A DNA stretch of 63,963 bases, the filler included, from Octopus bimaculoides (taxonomy: Eukaryota), in NCBI RefSeq assembly GCF_001194135.2. It is 10 parts of 8 records of this genome, joined end to end, with 100 filler letters (N's around TTAATTAATTAA, not from the genome) between each part and the next. Parts side by side here need not be neighbours in the genome. Positions count along the whole stretch, not along the records: positions 23,801 to 27,967 come from NC_068981.1; positions 28,068 to 34,830 come from NC_068988.1; positions 34,931 to 39,947 come from NC_068995.1; 7 more parts are not named here. One strand, 5' to 3'. The notes under the pieces were generated by a model. The model ran no database searches, had not been told where the DNA came from, and saw only the letters and a list, made by a program, of their open reading frames with translations. Of the stretch, positions 26,110-39,637 are shown in pieces; the stretch's first letter is position 1; the number at the start of each line of letters is the position of its first letter. Both the position numbers and the translations under genes were made by a program.

Positions 26110-26682
26110 TAGGGTAGTATGATCTGAAAAATAGCAAGTTAGTAAGCTTCAAGTGTGTATACAGCTAGTATAGATGTTGAAAGGTTGACAATATACAATA
26201 AAGAAAGTTTAATAACTGTCGTTTGTTACGTGCTTTGTCCCATATCGAAATCAATGGAAAGTTCAATAACCTGACAGTCACTATACAACTCACTGTTTAG
26301 TAAGTAAAATTGCTAAAAATGCACATAAAATCCAAGAATGTAAGGAATGGGGAAGGTAAATAAATACTACATATGTTTCATAGTTAAACAATATTTGTTA
26401 CATAACTTGTGATGTACACAAAACTCATTTAATTATCCACAGGACTGATTACCCTTTGAGTTGCTTACATCGTCATGTGGAGATAAATAAATGATTCACC
26501 AATTTAGCCACAGCACAAATGGCAAGATGAAAACGAAAACAAAATACCAGAGAACGCTCTAACACTTCTGCCAACTTGCTGAGGTGAAATTCCAGTTATA
26601 ATAAGTTGTGGTTTTGGGACCAGATTTTGTCCCAAGTTTTGTAAGAAAGTGTAAGTGCAGATATGGCTGTGTGGTAAGAAGT

Positions 26683-27967
26683 TTGCTTGGAGTCTGGTTC
26701 GGGCCAGGCCTCCAGATAGAGAAAAATTGGAGCGAGGTGACCAGCAGGGTGACTGCTCTAACCCAGACCTGGTCTGGGTGGGCGTTATCCTTGCTAGGAA
26801 AGGCGGAGGTAGTGCAGATGTTTATAGCATCGGTTATCACCTACCGTCTGACCGTGGTGCCTTGCCCCGATTTGTGGCTGAACAAGTTGGAAAGAATCCT
26901 TTTCCGCTTTTTGTGGAAGGGAGGAAAGCCACTTGTGAAGCGCTCTGTCTGCTGCCAGAAACCACTAAAGGGTGGGCTAGGGATGCCTTGGCTGAGGATG
27001 CGAAAATTCACGTTAAGGTTGAGGCACCTTTGGCTTTACCTGGATGGAGAGCAGGTGTGGTCACCGCATGTCCAGTTCTACCTTCCGCAATTAACGTTNN
27101 NNNNNNNNNNNNNNNNNNNNNNNNNNNNNNNNNNNNNNNNNNNAGTGCAGATGTTTATAGCATCGGTTATCACCTACCGTCTGACCGTGGTGCCTTGCCC
27201 CGATTTGTGGCTGAACAAGTTGGAAAGAATCCTTTTCCGCTTTTTGTGGAAGGGAGGAAAGCCACTTGTGAAGCGCTCTGTCTGCTGCCAGAAACCACTA
27301 AAGGGTGGGCTAGGGATGCCTTGGCTGAGGATGCGAAAATTCACGTTAAGGTTGAGGCACCTTTGGCTTTACCTGGATGGAGAGCAGGTGTGGTCACCGC
27401 ATGTCCAGTTCTACCTTCCGCAATTAACGTTCTTAATGGACGTTGGTAATTGGATCAATTACCAAGACCTAGGCTGGGGGACTGGCAATTGGAATGCCGA
27501 CAGGAACTTCAGCTACTTTCTCGGGCGGGCAATGCCAGCAACAGGAGTTCCACCGCGGATTTTTATAGTGGGTTAGTGGGATTTAGGTCGGAAGATGCCT
27601 TGGGGGAGACCCTGGGCTATGAGGAAAATCAGTTGACCAGCCTGTTCAGGAGAGCTTTCGGGCCGGGGTATCTGGACAATTACCAGAAATCCCTGGCTTG
27701 GCAGTGCTTCCGTGCGGTGTTACCTGTTCGTGATAAACTGTCAAGGCACGGAAGTGCCATATCGCTGACATGTCCGAGGTGCGGGCAGGACAGGGAAACC
27801 GTCTTGCACGCATTCGTGGAATGTCCGGAATTAATGAGACTGATAGCTTTCGCAGAACAACTGTTGACATCGATAGCAAGAGTACAGCTATCAGCTGAAT
27901 CTATCATCGAGATTGTGCTGCCTCCTTCCCTCAACAGGGAGAGGAAGGCTAGCTTTTCCTGCGTAGT
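26683..27967 (+). pseudogene. Tx1/L1-clade LINE ORF2 C-terminal part (post-RT region + zf-RVT), frameshifted, cut by linker
   Basis: LLGVWFGP...WSGWALSLLGKAEVVQMF...LFRFLWKG...KGGLGMP and CPRCGQDRETVLHAFVEC (zf-RVT-like); frame change near 27455. 26811-27098 is repeated identically at 27144-27431 across the gap (likely assembly overlap). Confidence 0.9.
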
Positions 27968-28067
27968 NNNNNNNNNNNNNNNNNNNNNNNNNNNNNNNNN
28001 NNNNNNNNNNNTTAATTAATTAANNNNNNNNNNNNNNNNNNNNNNNNNNNNNNNNNNNNNNNNNNNN
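27968..28067. other. Artificial contig-joining linker 3
   Basis: 44N + TTAATTAATTAA (28012-28023) + 44N. Confidence 0.97.
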
Positions 28068-28098
<31 letters not shown>

Positions 28099-28332
28099 AC
28101 ATATTCATGTGTATAAATATATGTGTATACATATTTATATATATGCACTCTGACACACATATATATATGTACATTATTGATATATGTGTGCGTGTATATA
28201 TGTATAGCTCTGCATATGTAAGTCTATAAGCAAAAACATCCATTCCCGAATTGCTTTGAATTCTTCAGACGTAATTAAGTACTAGCTTTGCAAGAATACA
28301 TACAACTACATAGATATATGCATGCATACAAG

Positions 28333-28370
<38 letters not shown>

Positions 28371-28409
28371 NNNNNNNNNNNNNNNNNNNNNNNNNNNNNN
28401 NNNNNNNNN

Positions 28410-28440
<31 letters not shown>

Positions 28441-29461
28441 ATATATATGATACATATGTATGTATGTATTTGCGGCTAGTTTCTATGCACTCTTATTCAC
28501 AGTTTCATGTATGAAGTATCACCGCCCAATGGACAAACCAACGCCAGTAAAAGCAACAGATAATACCCAATATGCGGAAAAAAACATCGTCTCCAGCCTT
28601 CATATGTTCCCTCCTCACACAACCCCCTCTCAGTTAAATTGCTGCAGCACCTCAATTTTCCTTTGTCTTTCAGATGTGTAAGACAACATCAGGAACGAAA
28701 TTGGATGCTGCAAACATTATTACTTCGCTTCGCTGCCCGCTGTTTTCCTGCTCGTCTTTTCTTCCCTCTTTTTCTCTCAACCAGTGAATTCTGTTAAACT
28801 GGAGATTTTTTATTCTTATTTCTGTCTTAATTTGCAATATCTAACCTCATAACATTTATATATGGTATTTAGATATACATTCTACAAATATTTTTGTTGT
28901 TGCAGTTGTTAGACTTTCATCACCACCACCACACCATCACCATTCTCATTATCCTCATCACTCCCTGAACATGACTGTGCCGAGTCCCAGCGCTCACTCA
29001 TAGCATCGGTTAACCGCCGTTTCCATGGCACACAAGCGACCGACGCCACAACGTTACTCCCGAATGGCTGAGTGAACGGGAGCAACATGAAACGGACTGT
29101 TTTGCTCAAAAACACAAAACACTGCCAGTGCCGGGAATAGACACCGCGATCTGATGTTTGTGAGTGTAACATCCTAACCACTAGGCCACGCGCCTTTCAC
29201 CTGTTAGACTATAGTCTCCATATAAGCCATGGACGAGTGAATCTGTGATCTGAATTCTTCTGTCTGTGACCATCCGGTTTTCTTTTTGAATCTACGTTCT
29301 CTTTCTTTATAAAAAGATGTTGCGATTTGAGGAAAGTTTAGCTGCTGTTTCTCGCAAGCTTTCTTTGTTGTAAATGTAATATTAATAGCGATCGTGTGGC
29401 AAGACTCGGTAACTGCATATATGCCTTTAATTCCCCTCGTTATTTACATCCATTTTCTTCT

Positions 29462-29507
<46 letters not shown>

Positions 29508-30020
29508 CATACTTATACGGACGCATGCATGCACTGACACGCGTATTCATTCTTAAAACTCTCCACCAGATTCGAACGTATGTTAATCGCTGCTGCACTT
29601 CCTCATTGGAGAAGAACTTCTTTGAAACAAATGTATGTTCATAATACATAAACTCATTTCATTAGCTTAAGGAGATTTTGGAACATCGGATGTTTCGACA
29701 TCGTTGTATCACCTCAGGCAAAGGTAGCCATCCCGGCATCATGAATCTAAACAAAAGTTTATGACCCTTGTTTATAACTTCAACTGAAAATTATTCGCTG
29801 ATTTGTGCTGATATTTGCCAATTCCTAATTACCACGTGCAGGCAAACTGCAAGAATAAAAACGATGAGTTATATATTCGTTCTTTAATCCATTTTTCATT
29901 ATACATTTCTCTTGATATAATTGAAACTTCATTGAATCTTATTTTAATATTTTCCAACTGTATACGTATGAATGTGCCTATATACGTACATGTATATATG
30001 CATATATATATATATATATA

Positions 30021-30117
<97 letters not shown>

Positions 30118-30438
30118 TTGTTTGCATACGTGTGAGTGCCTGTATGTGTAGAATAAATGCCTTGAAAGGTATAGTTGTGTATATGCGTTTTCACAAAAGT
30201 TTGTATGAGCATACACACTTATACATGCAGACGCACACACACACACACACACACACACATCTGCATCGTAAATGTGATCATAAATTCGCGTTTTAACTTT
30301 AAAAGGCCGTCGCGTGTCTATTTTTACACGCATTTAACACTCTCTATTTATTTCTATTGATGTCAAAGTACACGCACGTGTGTATATATGCATGTATGTA
30401 TGAATGCAACATCGTATTTAATGTATATGTTGGTTATG

Positions 30439-30477
<39 letters not shown>

Positions 30478-31961
30478 TTTGTGTCTGTTTGTTTATGTGT
30501 AACTTCTGGTGGTCACAGTGAAGCTAGTTCGATACGTGACTGCATAAATCTGCATATAGCCACACAACTGTGAGCGGACAATCAGATTGGCTGACAAACA
30601 TTTTCATTGCTGTCGACACGCGCAGTTCATTGTCACGTGATGCATGCAATTTATGTCACGTGTCCTTTATGGCTCTCATCACTATTAGATAGATATCGTT
30701 GGAGATATGTGTGTGAATGACTGTCTGTGTGTGTATGTGTGTGTATGTGTGTGCAAGTGTTAGAAGATTATGTGTGTATATCAGAGGAAGAGCGTGTGGG
30801 CGCTTGTTCGTGTCTCTGTGTGTGTATGTGTGAATGTGTGCCAGTGTTAGATTGTGTGTATAATGTGTGTGTTTATGAGTGTTCATGTATACGGGTGCAT
30901 CTGACGAGGTAGGATGACAATGTGGTTGTATGTGTGTTCGTAGCGTGTGTATGTGTGCACTAACATGTATGTATACACATTCTGTAGGAATTTCCATGTA
31001 TATATGGACATTTGCCCAAAGTGCTACGCAGTGGGNNNNNNNNNNNNNNNNNNNNNNNNNNNNNNNNNNNNNNNNNNNNNNNNNNNNNNNNNNNNNNNNN
31101 NNNNNNNNNNNNNNNNNNNNNNNNNNNNNNNNNNNNNNNNNNNNNNNNNNNNNNNNNNNNNNNNNNNNNNNNNNNNNNNNNNNNNNNNNNNNNNNNNNNN
31201 NNNNNNNNNNNNNNNNNNNNNNNNNNNNNNNNNNNNNNNNNNNNNNNNNNNNNNNNNNNNNNNNNNNNNNNNNNNNNNNNNNNNNNNNNNNNNNNNNNNN
31301 NNNNNNNNNNNNNNNNNNNNNNNNNNNNNNNNNNNNNNNNNNNNNNNNNNNNNNNNNNNNNNNNNNNNNNNNNNNNNNNNNNNNNNNNNNNNNNNNNNNN
31401 NNNNNNNNNNNNNNNNNNNNNNNNNNNNNNNNNNNNNNNNNNNNNNNNNNNNNNNNNNNNNNNNNNNNNNNNNNNNNNNNNNNNNNNNNNNNNNNNNNNN
31501 NNNNNNNNNNNNNNNNNNNNNNNNNNNNNNNNNNNNNNNNNNNNNNNNNNNNNNNNNNNNNNNNNNNNNNNNNNNNNNNNNNNNNNNNNNNNNNNNNNNN
31601 NNNNNNNNNNNNNNNNNNNNNNNNNNNNNNNNNNNNNNNNNNNNNNNNNNNNNNNNNNNNNNNNNNNNNNNNNNNNNNNNNNNNNNNNNNNNNNNNNNNN
31701 NNNNNNNNNNNNNNNNNAGAGAGGGAAAGAGAGAGAGACGGAGACAGAGAGAAAGAGAAAAGAAGAGAGAGAGAAAGGCAAATTATTGAAAGTGATAGCA
31801 AGAAAATCATTGTTCTATCTTTTTCTCTCACCAAGGGTCCGTGCGTCCGTGCGTGAGTACGCCTGCGCGCGTGTGGGTCAGGAGTTTCGCTGGATCCTAA
31901 GGTAATAAAGGACAAGGTGGTGGGGGCACAAACTGAAAGGATACATATTACGAAATCATTG

Positions 31962-32013
<52 letters not shown>

Positions 32014-32989
32014 TAACAACAACAACAACAACAACAACAACGAACAGTTTAGAAATCTTTTGAACTTGATCTTTTATTTTTGTGACACGTGACCCTTTCC
32101 GTTTAATGGCTGCATTAAAACGGCCAACAAGAGGATGACACCAACAACACACATCTTCAATATTTTCACAGTCATTTGCTAATTCTTTGAGTAATGATGA
32201 TCAGACGGAAGGCTGTTATATTTCATATCGTATTATATTATATTATATTTCACTGTATTATATGATATGATATAATATAATAATAAAATATAATATATCA
32301 TAATATAATATCGAATAATATTTGATGTAGCATATTGTATTATACTCAGCCGAGCGGCTAATTGCAAGACCAGTGATTGTCCAGGCATTGGTTGTCAATA
32401 TGAGCGGCGGCGGTGGATTCCGTCTTTGTATGCGGTTGCCACTGAGTGCATAATTCTGACTTGCATTTCTTTCCCATATGAACAGGGTTGGGTGTGAATC
32501 GAAATATAAAGAAAAGCTCATTTCCAAATAACGTGATTTTAGGTTCAGTGTCTTCTATTGAAACCTCGGGACGACCAGTGTCTTGTGAGTGATTTTGGTG
32601 AGCGGAAACTATGTGGAAGCCTAAAAACCCTGATGGCTGCTGTCCAATGACAGAAACAAGTAAAAGAAAAAAAAAACATATAATATTAAGAAAAACAAAG
32701 ATGTCCAAGAGCTTAAATAAATGGCTTCATCCGATTATATCAGCAAAGTCGTTCTGATTATGAATCGTCGAAAAGTGTGAGAACTTTATTGGAAGAAATA
32801 ATGAAAATTTCACAGACATCATCAACACCCTGATCCACCGCTGTAGCGGAAGTTGAGGTTTACTGGGAGAAAAATAGAAAGTATAATGGTTTAGAAGAGT
32901 TAGAGATGCGAAAATACAATAACACCGCAAGCAAGGCTTATCTATGCCAGGGAGGAATTCAGCAGCACAATAAATACTGAAAAGAAATG

Positions 32990-33930
32990 GAAAGATTCCG
33001 GAATTGACAAAAATTCTAGTTTCTGGCTGAAAGAGTTAATCAATATTTATGCATGTGCGGCAACATCTTTAAATGAATTTGTAAGCAGACTAGAATTAAC
33101 ATCTACCTAATGTTTATTAGAGGGGAAAATAATACTGATTTCTCGAATCAAAAATACAATAGACCCCTGAGACTAAGAGATATATTTTATTTATCAATAA
33201 CATGCAAAAATTCCACCTACACTGCAACAAGCTGTCTGCTTTACTTGAAAGTCATAAGACTTTACTTGATCAGAAGATGTGTCGGAAAAACATGGATGCT
33301 TGTAAAGAGTAATTTCGGGTTAAGCGAGCAATTATTGAAGATAGCAAAAAGAGATAATAAAAAAAGCCTTAGTATGTCATGGAATGATTACCGAAAAGCA
33401 TTTGATAGCATTATACGCTGTTGGATATTGAGAACTGCATATACATAAAGCAGACGTAATATTAACACAGTATCTCATCGTTGCCGTGTTGAAATGGAAC
33501 GCAATGATATCCCCGCAGGCCAAACAGATACAACCAAGCTGATAATAAAAGGAGACTTACAAGGAAAACGCAATATCCATTCTATTCGCTTAATTTTGGC
33601 TCTGTTAAAACATTTGGTTATAAATAGTTAATAACCCACAGTTATAAATATTACGGATAAATTATGAATAATGTATTCTAGAGATGAAATAGAATATCTT
33701 TGCAAGGGATAAAGCCTATCTGGGTTATGTATTAAAACTTGTTCGTGTATTCAGTTAAGATATTAAATTGAATATGGAGCTCGATAAAATATATTGGTCG
33801 AACTTGGCAAATTAATTAAAATTGAGAATATTAAATTAGATCGAGACATCGAAATTAGAAAATTAGACCAGAATGACACAATTTTATATTTAGAATTATT
33901 GCAAAGTGATAAAATACAATGAAAGGGGAA
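32990..33930 (+). pseudogene. Highly degraded R4/Dong-like reverse transcriptase remnant
   Basis: PGIDK..FWLK, EQLL.IAKRDNKKSLSMSWNDYRKAFDS..WIL (WxDYxKAFDS RT motif), and further downstream remnants resembling MEFGLDK and LQSDKI. Confidence 0.72.
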
Positions 33931-34416
33931 AAAATAATAAAATAAACGAAACATTCAAATTTATATAAAAACTGAACGCAATGACAGGAATAACGTGGGA
34001 GATTTAGACATCGCATTTATAAAGCTGTCGGTGTTTAGCCAGCCCACAGAAGGCATTATTGAGCAAACCTCAGATCGAAACCTCAGCAGCCGCGACCTTC
34101 CCGTTTCTTTTGTATAACAAGTATTACATTATCCAATGTGTGCCGCTCCTTAAGATAGTAGGGTCTGATTTAATGCATATTCGGCGAATATTTCTACAAG
34201 ATCGAGCGAATGCGGAGAATTTCTCTCTTTCACGTTATTTCAAGATTAATATATGAATGAAGAAACGTAATGAAACTTATATAATTACTGCATAAAATAC
34301 AATGAAGTCTTTGTTCTTAGAATTGGTCAAGTCTACTTTTTTTAGCATTCTCAATATTATACATACACATACATACATACATACATACATACATACATAC
34401 ATACATACATACATAC

Positions 34417-34609
34417 AAGAGAAATCGACCGGCTGATTCGTACATTACAAGTGCAATCTATGAGTAGAACAGTAAAAATATGTAAAACTTCGCAAGTTCC
34501 AAATGTGAATTTGCCTGTGTTAACTACATCCCAAAGATGGAGCCTGGTATCTTTGTTGGAAACCGCCTCCCTTCTCAGTGGAAGATTTCTAATAATTAAA
34601 AAAATAGAA
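34417..34609 (+). mobile_element. Short 3' end of an R4/Dong-like LINE subfamily flanked by (ACAT)n on both sides
   Basis: REIDRLIRTLQVQSMSRTVKICKT aligns with ERRKLIRRLQIQSITGTVKICKT (23938 element); 3' UTRs are also homologous. Confidence 0.78.
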
Positions 34610-34830
34610 CATACATACATACATACATACATACATACATACATACATACATACATACCGATATACATACACACATGCACCCAGACAACCACACACTCAT
34701 AGCACAACACATACCTTCACGTGTATATGAAAGAGATATGTTCATTTCATCTCCATCTCTCTCTCTCCCTTCCTTCCTCTCTCTCTCTCTCTCTCTCTCC
34801 CTTCCTTCCCCTCTCTCTCTCTCCCTTCCT

Positions 34831-34930
34831 NNNNNNNNNNNNNNNNNNNNNNNNNNNNNNNNNNNNNNNNNNNNTTAATTAATTAANNNNNNNNNNNNNN
34901 NNNNNNNNNNNNNNNNNNNNNNNNNNNNNN
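34831..34930. other. Artificial contig-joining linker 4
   Basis: 44N + TTAATTAATTAA (34875-34886) + 44N. Confidence 0.97.
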
Positions 34931-35527
34931 ATATATATATATATATATACCTATATACATATATACATAAACATGTGTAGGCATATATGAATACGCACAC
35001 ATATGTACATGGAATCACAGACGCACATGTGTGTGGTACATAAGTATGTCTCGTAGTTTATATCCTACACTTCAGTGAACATATATGAATGCACCTCTAC
35101 ACCAAACAATTACATACATACATATATGCACAAATTACATATACAACCACTCAAATACAGCCAAACACAAACGCGCGTACATATAGAAGAACGAGTGTGT
35201 ATAGTTTGATAACGTTTGACACTTTAGATATATTAGACATTTTGACATATGTGTTATGTGTCGAGTTCCCTTCGTTGTCTTCAATAACCTTATAGTATTG
35301 TGAATTGGTAGACTGAGGCAAATTGCTGCTCTCGATACGGTGTCGAATGGTGTATAGAGCTGTAACGGTTGACTGAACAATTTACACACTAGAAATCGAT
35401 TTATTTCGCATGATTACATAGTCTGTCAAGGTATCTGTCTGGAATACTTAGGCATATGCATATATCTATATCTGTGTATCTGCTTGTGTGTATATATGTA
35501 TATATATACATATATATTGAAAGATAG

Positions 35528-35614
<87 letters not shown>

Positions 35615-35616
<2 letters not shown>

Positions 35617-35778
35617 GGTGTGAATTTTGGTAAAAATGACACAGGCAAAAGTTGCTCGGTAAAAATGGCACAGGTGAAAATAGCACAAGTGAAAAAAATA
35701 GGTAAAAATGACACGATAAGCTTTCTGAAATATACACTATGGCTCGTAGTCCGTATTTTGCCAGTTCCATTCTTTACT
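35615..35778. repeat. Short non-autonomous element with internal ggtaaaaatg(g/a)caca sub-repeats, between (TA)n and (ACAT)n
   Basis: ggtaaaaatgacaca / ggtaaaaatggcaca / ggtgaaaatagcaca / ggtaaaaatgacacg. Confidence 0.6.
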
Positions 35779-35805
35779 TCATACATACATACATACATAC
35801 ATACA

Positions 35806-35836
<31 letters not shown>

Positions 35837-35844
35837 TAAAAGTA

Positions 35845-36055
35845 TAATTAAAGGTATCTAAGAGATACCACCATGCTAGCGATAGCAGTCAAAACTTGAC
35901 TCTAAACCACATCATGTATATACAGTACCAGGTGAAAAGTCAAATAAACAAATAAACTAGCAAAAAATTATTGGATAATCCCAGATCTGGATTTCTGGCT
36001 CTGTATACAGACTGCTATCTGTAGCATAGTGGCATCTCTTAGATACATTTAGTTA
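35845..36055. repeat. Fold-back with ~46-bp inverted arms, derived from the same family as 37905-38115
   Basis: taattaaaggtatctaagagataccaccatgctagcgatagcagtc vs the reverse complement of 36010-36055. Confidence 0.8.
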
Positions 36056-36351
36056 TAATTTTAATAATAATTAATACCTATAAGGTTTTCATTCCAATGC
36101 TGGCCACTTGATATGATATTTTAAATACCGGTCTTATCCTTATTTATATAAAAACAGAATGGTATACATATAAGTTTCCTGTGCCACAGGCACAGGAAAC
36201 TTATATGCACATGCACAGGAAACTTCTGCCTAAATAATGGAACTGCAAATACAATATCCATGAATATCTCACGTCTGTTTTCATTCCTCCACTTCACTCG
36301 CTATTTCATATCTTCTCTAGAATAACTATTGCTTAACCATTTTTTCGCACC

Positions 36352-36399
36352 GTCTCCGATGATGGTATATATAAAATATCCTGGAAACAGCTGTAAGAC
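36352..36399 (+). ncRNA. Degenerate minimal hammerhead-like motif (palindromic CAGCTG stem III)
   Basis: GTCT/AGAC stem I; CCGATGA; imperfect stem II; GAAA; A-CAGCTG-T; H17=A. Confidence 0.55.
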
Positions 36400-37775
36400 C
36401 TTCTCTTTATAAATGTTCTGAAATATTTCACAGCCTTGGATTTTTATCTCATTCTGTTAATGTTTTATATATATATATAAATATATATTAAATGTATATA
36501 TACATAGTATCATATAAACATGTACATTCATGTTTAGGTATGATCGTGTTTCGGGCTTAAAGTAATAAAAAAACATTACCTATTGCCTTCATCAGCGTCG
36601 GTATTCCTGGCATAAATATACGAGTAGCCACGGATATGTGAACGAGCTGCGTCTTCGCTCAACTTATATTCGTCGAGACTCGCATAGATATGCTGCGAAG
36701 TAGAATTCATATTCTTCTCTTATAGCCACGTGTAGTGTGTTAAAGATCAAGTCTGCAGTTAATACAGTTTTGATCAAGGAGTAAATATTTTTTTCAAATA
36801 TTAATTATAATAATAATAAAAGGGTACAAATCATTAATGATTCATACCAAGTGGCCAGCGCGGAAATAAAACCTCATAAGTACAATTTATAAATAATTAT
36901 AACAAGGGCTTTGCATGTGCCTCACTACCCACTGAAAAATAGACGTCAAGAGACACTGTCCTCTATCACCGCTTGACAACCGGTGTTGGTATGCTTACGC
37001 ATGGTCACATTCTAGTTACTGCAACAATTAAAAGATATATGATTCTCTTGTCGAATCGCTTCATCGGGAAGCCCCTAATAAAAATTCAAATCCTGCCAAA
37101 ACAAAAAGCAACCTTTCTTGTATGTGTTCTTGATGTCTCGCTAGAGGGTGGGATAGGCCACACCAGCAGCAAGTGGTACTCGTTTACAGGGGAATAGACT
37201 TTAGCAACATTTTGGATACATTATATTATTTTACTGACGATCAACAACGTACGAGCCGGAGCTAGTTTTTCTTCAACTCGTTATAAATCTACACATCGAT
37301 CTATCTATTTGTCCATTTAGCCATCTGTGCACCTCGCCTTTCACCGCACAGCTACTCGTGTTTACTATCATTCTGTTTATCAATTTGTTGCTATCATTCA
37401 GCACGTTCAGGATTATGGCTGAAATCAAAATGTATTTGAATTCCATAAACAGCCAGTTTTCTATCAACAGCCACCTTCACCTCTAAACTTGCCTGATGTC
37501 CAGTGCAATTCATATATATNNNNNNNNNNTTTTGCTGTTATAAATCTTTCTTTTGTTGTTTTTGTTTTACTTGTGTTTACTTGTCTTATATTCCAGGACG
37601 CACCTGCCGATTCTTCTTTTTTTTTTTTTTCGATTTTTTGGGGTGGAATTTATTTATTCATTTATTTCATGTCTGACCTGATTTTCGAGTGTTCTACTAT
37701 ATGCATTAAATATATAAATGTACATACATATATATATGTATGTTTATATATATGTATACATACATACATACATAC

Positions 37776-37809
<34 letters not shown>

Positions 37810-38038
37810 AAATAAGGATAAGATCGATATATAAAATATCGATTTTATCAAGTGGCCAGCATGGGAATAAAAACCATCATAGATAACAATTATTTAAAAT
37901 TATAATATAGGGTATCTAAGAGATACGCCACACTGAAAATAGCAGTCAAATCTTGACTCTAAACCACAATAAATGTTCATATAGCACAAAAGAGCGATGA
38001 CGAAGGCGAAATATATTAGCAAAAAATTACTGGATAAT

Positions 38039-38092
38039 TCCAGATCCTGGATTTCTGGCTTTGCATAAAAAATGCTTTGCCTCATCAGTGGA
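38039..38092 (-). ncRNA. Type I hammerhead-like motif
   Basis: Minus strand: TCCA-CTGATGA-GGC(AAAGCATTTTTTATGCAAA)GCC-A-GAA-ATCC-A-GGAT-C-TGGA; intact CUGAUGA and GAAA, one extra A before G12. Confidence 0.62.
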
Positions 38093-38906
38093 TATGCTTA
38101 CATATATCGTATGTTTANNNNNNNNNNNNNNNNNNNNNNNNNNNNNNNNNNNNNNNNNNNNNNNNNNNNNNNNNNNNNNNNNNNNNNNNNNNNNNNNNNN
38201 NNNNNNNNNNNNNNNNNNNNNNNNNNNNNNNNNNNNNNNNNNNNNNNNNNNNNNNNNNNNNNNNNNNNNNNNNNNNNNNNNNNNNNNNNNNNNNNNNNNN
38301 NNNNNNNNNNNNNNNNNNNNNNNNNNNNNNNNNNNNNNNNNNNNNNNNNNNNNNNNNNNNNNNNNNNNNNNNNNNNNNNNNNNNNNNNNNNNNNNNNNNN
38401 NNNNNNNNNNNNNNNNNNNNNNNNNNNNNNNNNNNNNNNNNNNNNNNNNNNNNNNNNNNNNNNNNNNNNNNNNNNNNNNNNNNNNNNNNNNNNNNNNNNN
38501 NNNNNNNNNNNNNNNNNNNNNNNNNNNNNNNNNNNNNNNNNNNNNNNNNNNNNNNNNNNNNNNNNNNNNNNNNNNNNNNNNNNNNNNNNNNNNNNNNNNN
38601 NNNNNNNNNNNNNNNNNNNNNNNNNNNNNNNNNNNNNNNNNNNNNNNNNNNNNNNNNNNNNNNNNNNNNNNNNNNNNNNNNNNNNNNNNNNNNNNNNNNN
38701 NGTTGAACAAAAAATTGAAGTGCATTTTCTTCTTTTTATAATTTTCACAACAATTCAGCACCTGGAAAAATTTTTTGGAACCTTTTCACATACATACATA
38801 CATACATACATACATGCATACATGCATACATACATATATACAAACATATATAAATAAATACATACACCCGTACATAGATACATTCATATATATACATATA
38901 CATATG

Positions 38907-38937
<31 letters not shown>

Positions 38938-39605
38938 GTGTGTGTGTATTTATTTATTTAATTTTAATTTCCAATTGCTGCTTCAATAATTTCGTGTTAT
39001 TTTTACGTTCAAATCCAACGCATTTTTACTTTTCACGATTTTACAAGTTTTCAAAAATATTTTTTTGTTTTTTATCTTTACTTATTTTTGTTGTATGTGT
39101 TTCTCCTGCGTATTCCTCACATATTTCTCGCAGAAATCTCACTCTACATCTGTTCTCTGGTTGCTCGTAATGTCTACGTACTAATTTCATAAAAACAAAC
39201 TAGGAATATCACAACCACTAGCCAAGATTTACTACCCCCAGTGCCAACAATAACAGGGCTTCTGTCTGCAACTAAATGAAAACGAAATTAAAGCATAATT
39301 CTTATCAGATCTGGCTTCGTGTACCTTATTTTTATTTTATCTTTTTTTGCCTTTTCTTGTTTTAATTTTATTTTATTTTATTTAGCTTTTTTAAAGACAC
39401 TGAAAGACGAGCATAACTACACATTCTCACCGACATACATACATACATACATACATACATACATACATACATGCATACATACATACGTACGTACATACAT
39501 ACATACACATAGCGATATATACACGTATTTTATTGTTAGATTGGGGTTACCGCCAACGTCACCTCAATCCTATATTTTCTGCTCGTTTTTCTTGTTTGTG
39601 TTGTG

Positions 39606-39637
<32 letters not shown>

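Noticed and set aside
26811-27431. 288-bp direct duplication inside the Tx1-like LINE
   Set aside because: The copies appear identical and directly flank a short N gap, typical of overlapping contig ends rather than a biological duplication.
29560-29900. Possible mariner C-terminal remnant on the minus strand (KKFFSNEEV)
   Set aside because: Single short motif, with no supporting PDLAPSD-like or other motifs found.
37236-37487. Open frame with a hydrophobic stretch (LLVFTIILFINLLLSF)
   Set aside because: No start codon, convincing splice sites or recognisable homology; expected by chance in T-rich DNA.
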